Of a DNA stretch of 64,000 nucleotides, positions 62,538 through 64,000 are shown one piece after another. The notes beneath the pieces were generated by a model. It did not search any database, was not told the origin of the DNA, and saw only the letters and a program-made list of their open reading frames with translations. The DNA is from a virus. The translations under genes and the position numbers were made by a program. Position 1 is the first letter of the stretch. Every line of letters begins with the position of its first letter. The stretch is taken from positions 1 through 64,000 of the IMG/VR virus record IMGVR_UViG_3300042191_000299; one strand, given 5' to 3'.

Positions 62538-62579
62538 GGCGCTCCTCGGAAGGTTCACCCCTTCCGGCGAGCGCCTTTT
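62538..62579 (+). terminator. intrinsic terminator closing conserved leader module 2
   Basis: GGCGCTC..CGGAAGG-loop-CCTTCCG..GAGCGCC followed by TTTT. Lies 41 nt upstream of ATG 62620. No plus-strand gene sits upstream for it to terminate. Confidence 0.7.
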
Positions 62580-62619
62580 CCTATTTCTGGCGCCGAAAAC
62601 CACCACGAAAAAGGCGTCA

Positions 62620-63273
62620 ATGCTCCAACACAATGTACCCGGCGGACACGGTTCGATCCCGGCGCTTGTGATGTCGACGGGGCTCATTCAGCCGGTGAAT
62701 CCGGCCAACGCGCGCCGTGACGTGTCCGCTGCTCACGTGCTCGACGTGACGTCCACGCCGGTGAACCAGTCCATCCCGTCGCAGTTTCTTCGCATGCCGA
62801 CGGGCATGCCTGTTCCGCAGCCCGTGCCGCAGGCGCCCCCGGGGGCCCTCACCGCGTCTGTGGCGCAAACGGTGACCGCGGTACCGCCGGCGCCGATGAT
62901 GACTGCGCCCACCAGCCCCATGCCGCGCGGGCCGAGCGACCGCATGGCTTGGCAGCGCAGCCACGCGCAGCATCCGATGGTCAACGAGATCCGGCGGCTG
63001 CATCCCAACGCGTCCTTGATGGGCGCTGCTGCTCCCGCGCTCGGTGAGTGGCAGGGGCGGCCGCTGGCCAAGTTCGAGATCGCCGCCAACCCCCCCGAAC
63101 AAGGCGCGCGGCAGGTGACCGGTGCGCTTCGGCGAGCCGCGCAGCTGTTGCGCCAGACGGGGCTGCACAACCTGCCCCCCGAGATGATCGGCGGCCCCCT
63201 GGCGGCGCTCGCGCGCGGCGGCGCCGTCGAATTGCATTTCCAGAATGGGGTCGTCCTGAAGACGGCCCTTTGA
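62620..63273 (+). CDS. Pro-rich hypothetical protein (late/structural candidate)
   Basis: 217 aa, ATG start. Confidence 0.55.
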   Translation: MLQHNVPGGHGSIPALVMSTGLIQPVNPANARRDVSAAHVLDVTSTPVNQSIPSQFLRMPTGMPVPQPVPQAPPGALTASVAQTVTAVPPAPMMTAPTSPMPRGPSDRMAWQRSHAQHPMVNEIRRLHPNASLMGAAAPALGEWQGRPLAKFEIAANPPEQGARQVTGALRRAAQLLRQTGLHNLPPEMIGGPLAALARGGAVELHFQNGVVLKTAL

Positions 63274-63303
63274 AACGACCCCACCACAAGGAGCGAAGAC
63301 ACC

Positions 63304-63426
63304 ATGGCGAAACACTGCAAGTTCGGAACGAAGGTCAAGCGCGGTCGCCGCGTCTGCCGGAAGAGCCCCCGCAAGCGGCGGCGCACCAGCCTGATGGGCG
63401 CTCGTCGGCGTCGGCGCCGACGGTAG
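63304..63426 (+). CDS. 40-aa extremely basic peptide (below the ORF-track cutoff)
   Basis: Hand translation gives MAKHCKFGTKVKRGRRVCRKSPRKRRRTSLMGARRRRRRR. AAGGAG RBS 8 nt upstream. Confidence 0.5.
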   Translation: MAKHCKFGTKVKRGRRVCRKSPRKRRRTSLMGARRRRRRR

Positions 63427-63480
63427 TCCCACCGTCGTTCACCTAAACCGCAACAGCAAACGACGGAAGGAATCAAACCA

Positions 63481-64000
63481 ATGGCACGACGACGTCACTT
63501 CCGCGGGTTCGGCAACATGGGCGCCGAGCACGCGCACATCGCAGGCCCGCTGATCGGCGGCGGTGCGACCCAGCTCGGCATCATGCTGGCGCACCTGCAC
63601 GCAAAGAAAAACCCAAAGGCTCTTCGGCACGCCGGCCTCCACGGCGCCGTGCTGGGAGGAATCGTCGGGACAGCGCTGGCCATCTCGTCGAAGTACCGGG
63701 AAACCGGCATCTCGGCGCTGGCCACTGTCGGCATCATGACGCTGCCGCGCTTGCTGGAGGGCTTCATGGGCCTCGGGCATCGCGAAGAGCAGCTGAAGGA
63801 AGCCGAGATCAACGGGTTCGGCGTCATCACCCCTGAGGAGTACCATGCCCTGTCGGGCGCGGACGATCCGGCGGTGCAGCTGCTGGACTCGGGATCGGGC
63901 GGGACCGGGTTCGGAACCCACGTGGCCGAGGAGTACCGGCCGCTGGGCGCCGCTCCTGACATCGGCGTCGAGCTGCTCGGCAACGGGTTCGGCTCGAACT
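63481..64000 (+). CDS. hypothetical protein, 5' part only (runs off the window)
   Basis: ATG with a GGAAGG RBS. Open frame to the window end (MARRRHFRGFGNMGAEHAHIAGPLIGGG...). High GC3. Absent from the ORF track because it has no stop. Confidence 0.5.
   Translation, partial: MARRRHFRGFGNMGAEHAHIAGPLIGGGATQLGIMLAHLHAKKNPKALRHAGLHGAVLGGIVGTALAISSKYRETGISALATVGIMTLPRLLEGFMGLGHREEQLKEAEINGFGVITPEEYHALSGADDPAVQLLDSGSGGTGFGTHVAEEYRPLGAAPDIGVELLGNGFGSN

Overview
GC-rich (codon third positions almost all G/C), very gene-dense window. It reads as part of a large virus or prophage-like element of a high-GC bacterium. Genes sit in long co-directional blocks with pervasive overlapping stop/start codons (ATGA, GTGA, TGATG).

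Recognisable content:
- Lysis genes at 880-3846: an amidase_2 endolysin plus membrane-anchored partners.
- Nucleotide metabolism: a ThyX-like protein and Tmk.
- A replication/recombination module: primase-like protein, RecD/Dda-like helicase, UDG-fused family A DNA polymerase, PolB-exo-like exonuclease, Sak4-like ATPase, Cas4/RecB-like PD-(D/E)XK nuclease, Orn-like exonuclease, SNF2 helicase, DUF3987-like protein and an HNH-AP2 endonuclease.
- A HerA/FtsK-like ATPase.
- A Cro/CI-type HTH next to a 40-bp perfect inverted repeat.
- A MoxR-AAA+/VWA pair.
- A nucleotide-sugar/glycosyltransferase cluster.
- A late-looking region rich in small membrane proteins.

The standout is a virus-borne miniature type V-like CRISPR system:
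- a 562-aa TnpB/Cas12-like RuvC effector (4482-6170) in an operon with an RHH regulator and three small tandem paralogues;
- a 7-unit CRISPR array (3921-4390);
- a second mini-array 45 kb away (49574-49756) with a homologous leader;
- four loci of solitary repeat units: three sit at gene 3' ends in sense orientation, and two carry compensatory changes that preserve a 6-bp hairpin.

Several conserved intergenic motifs are also described: an 18-bp quasi-palindrome in 5 copies, a GTATTGCGC repeat shared with the cas promoter, and two promoter-leader-terminator modules.

No cas1/cas2, tRNA, rRNA, integrase, terminase, portal or HK97-type capsid gene was recognised by eye. All family assignments come from motif recognition, not from searches.
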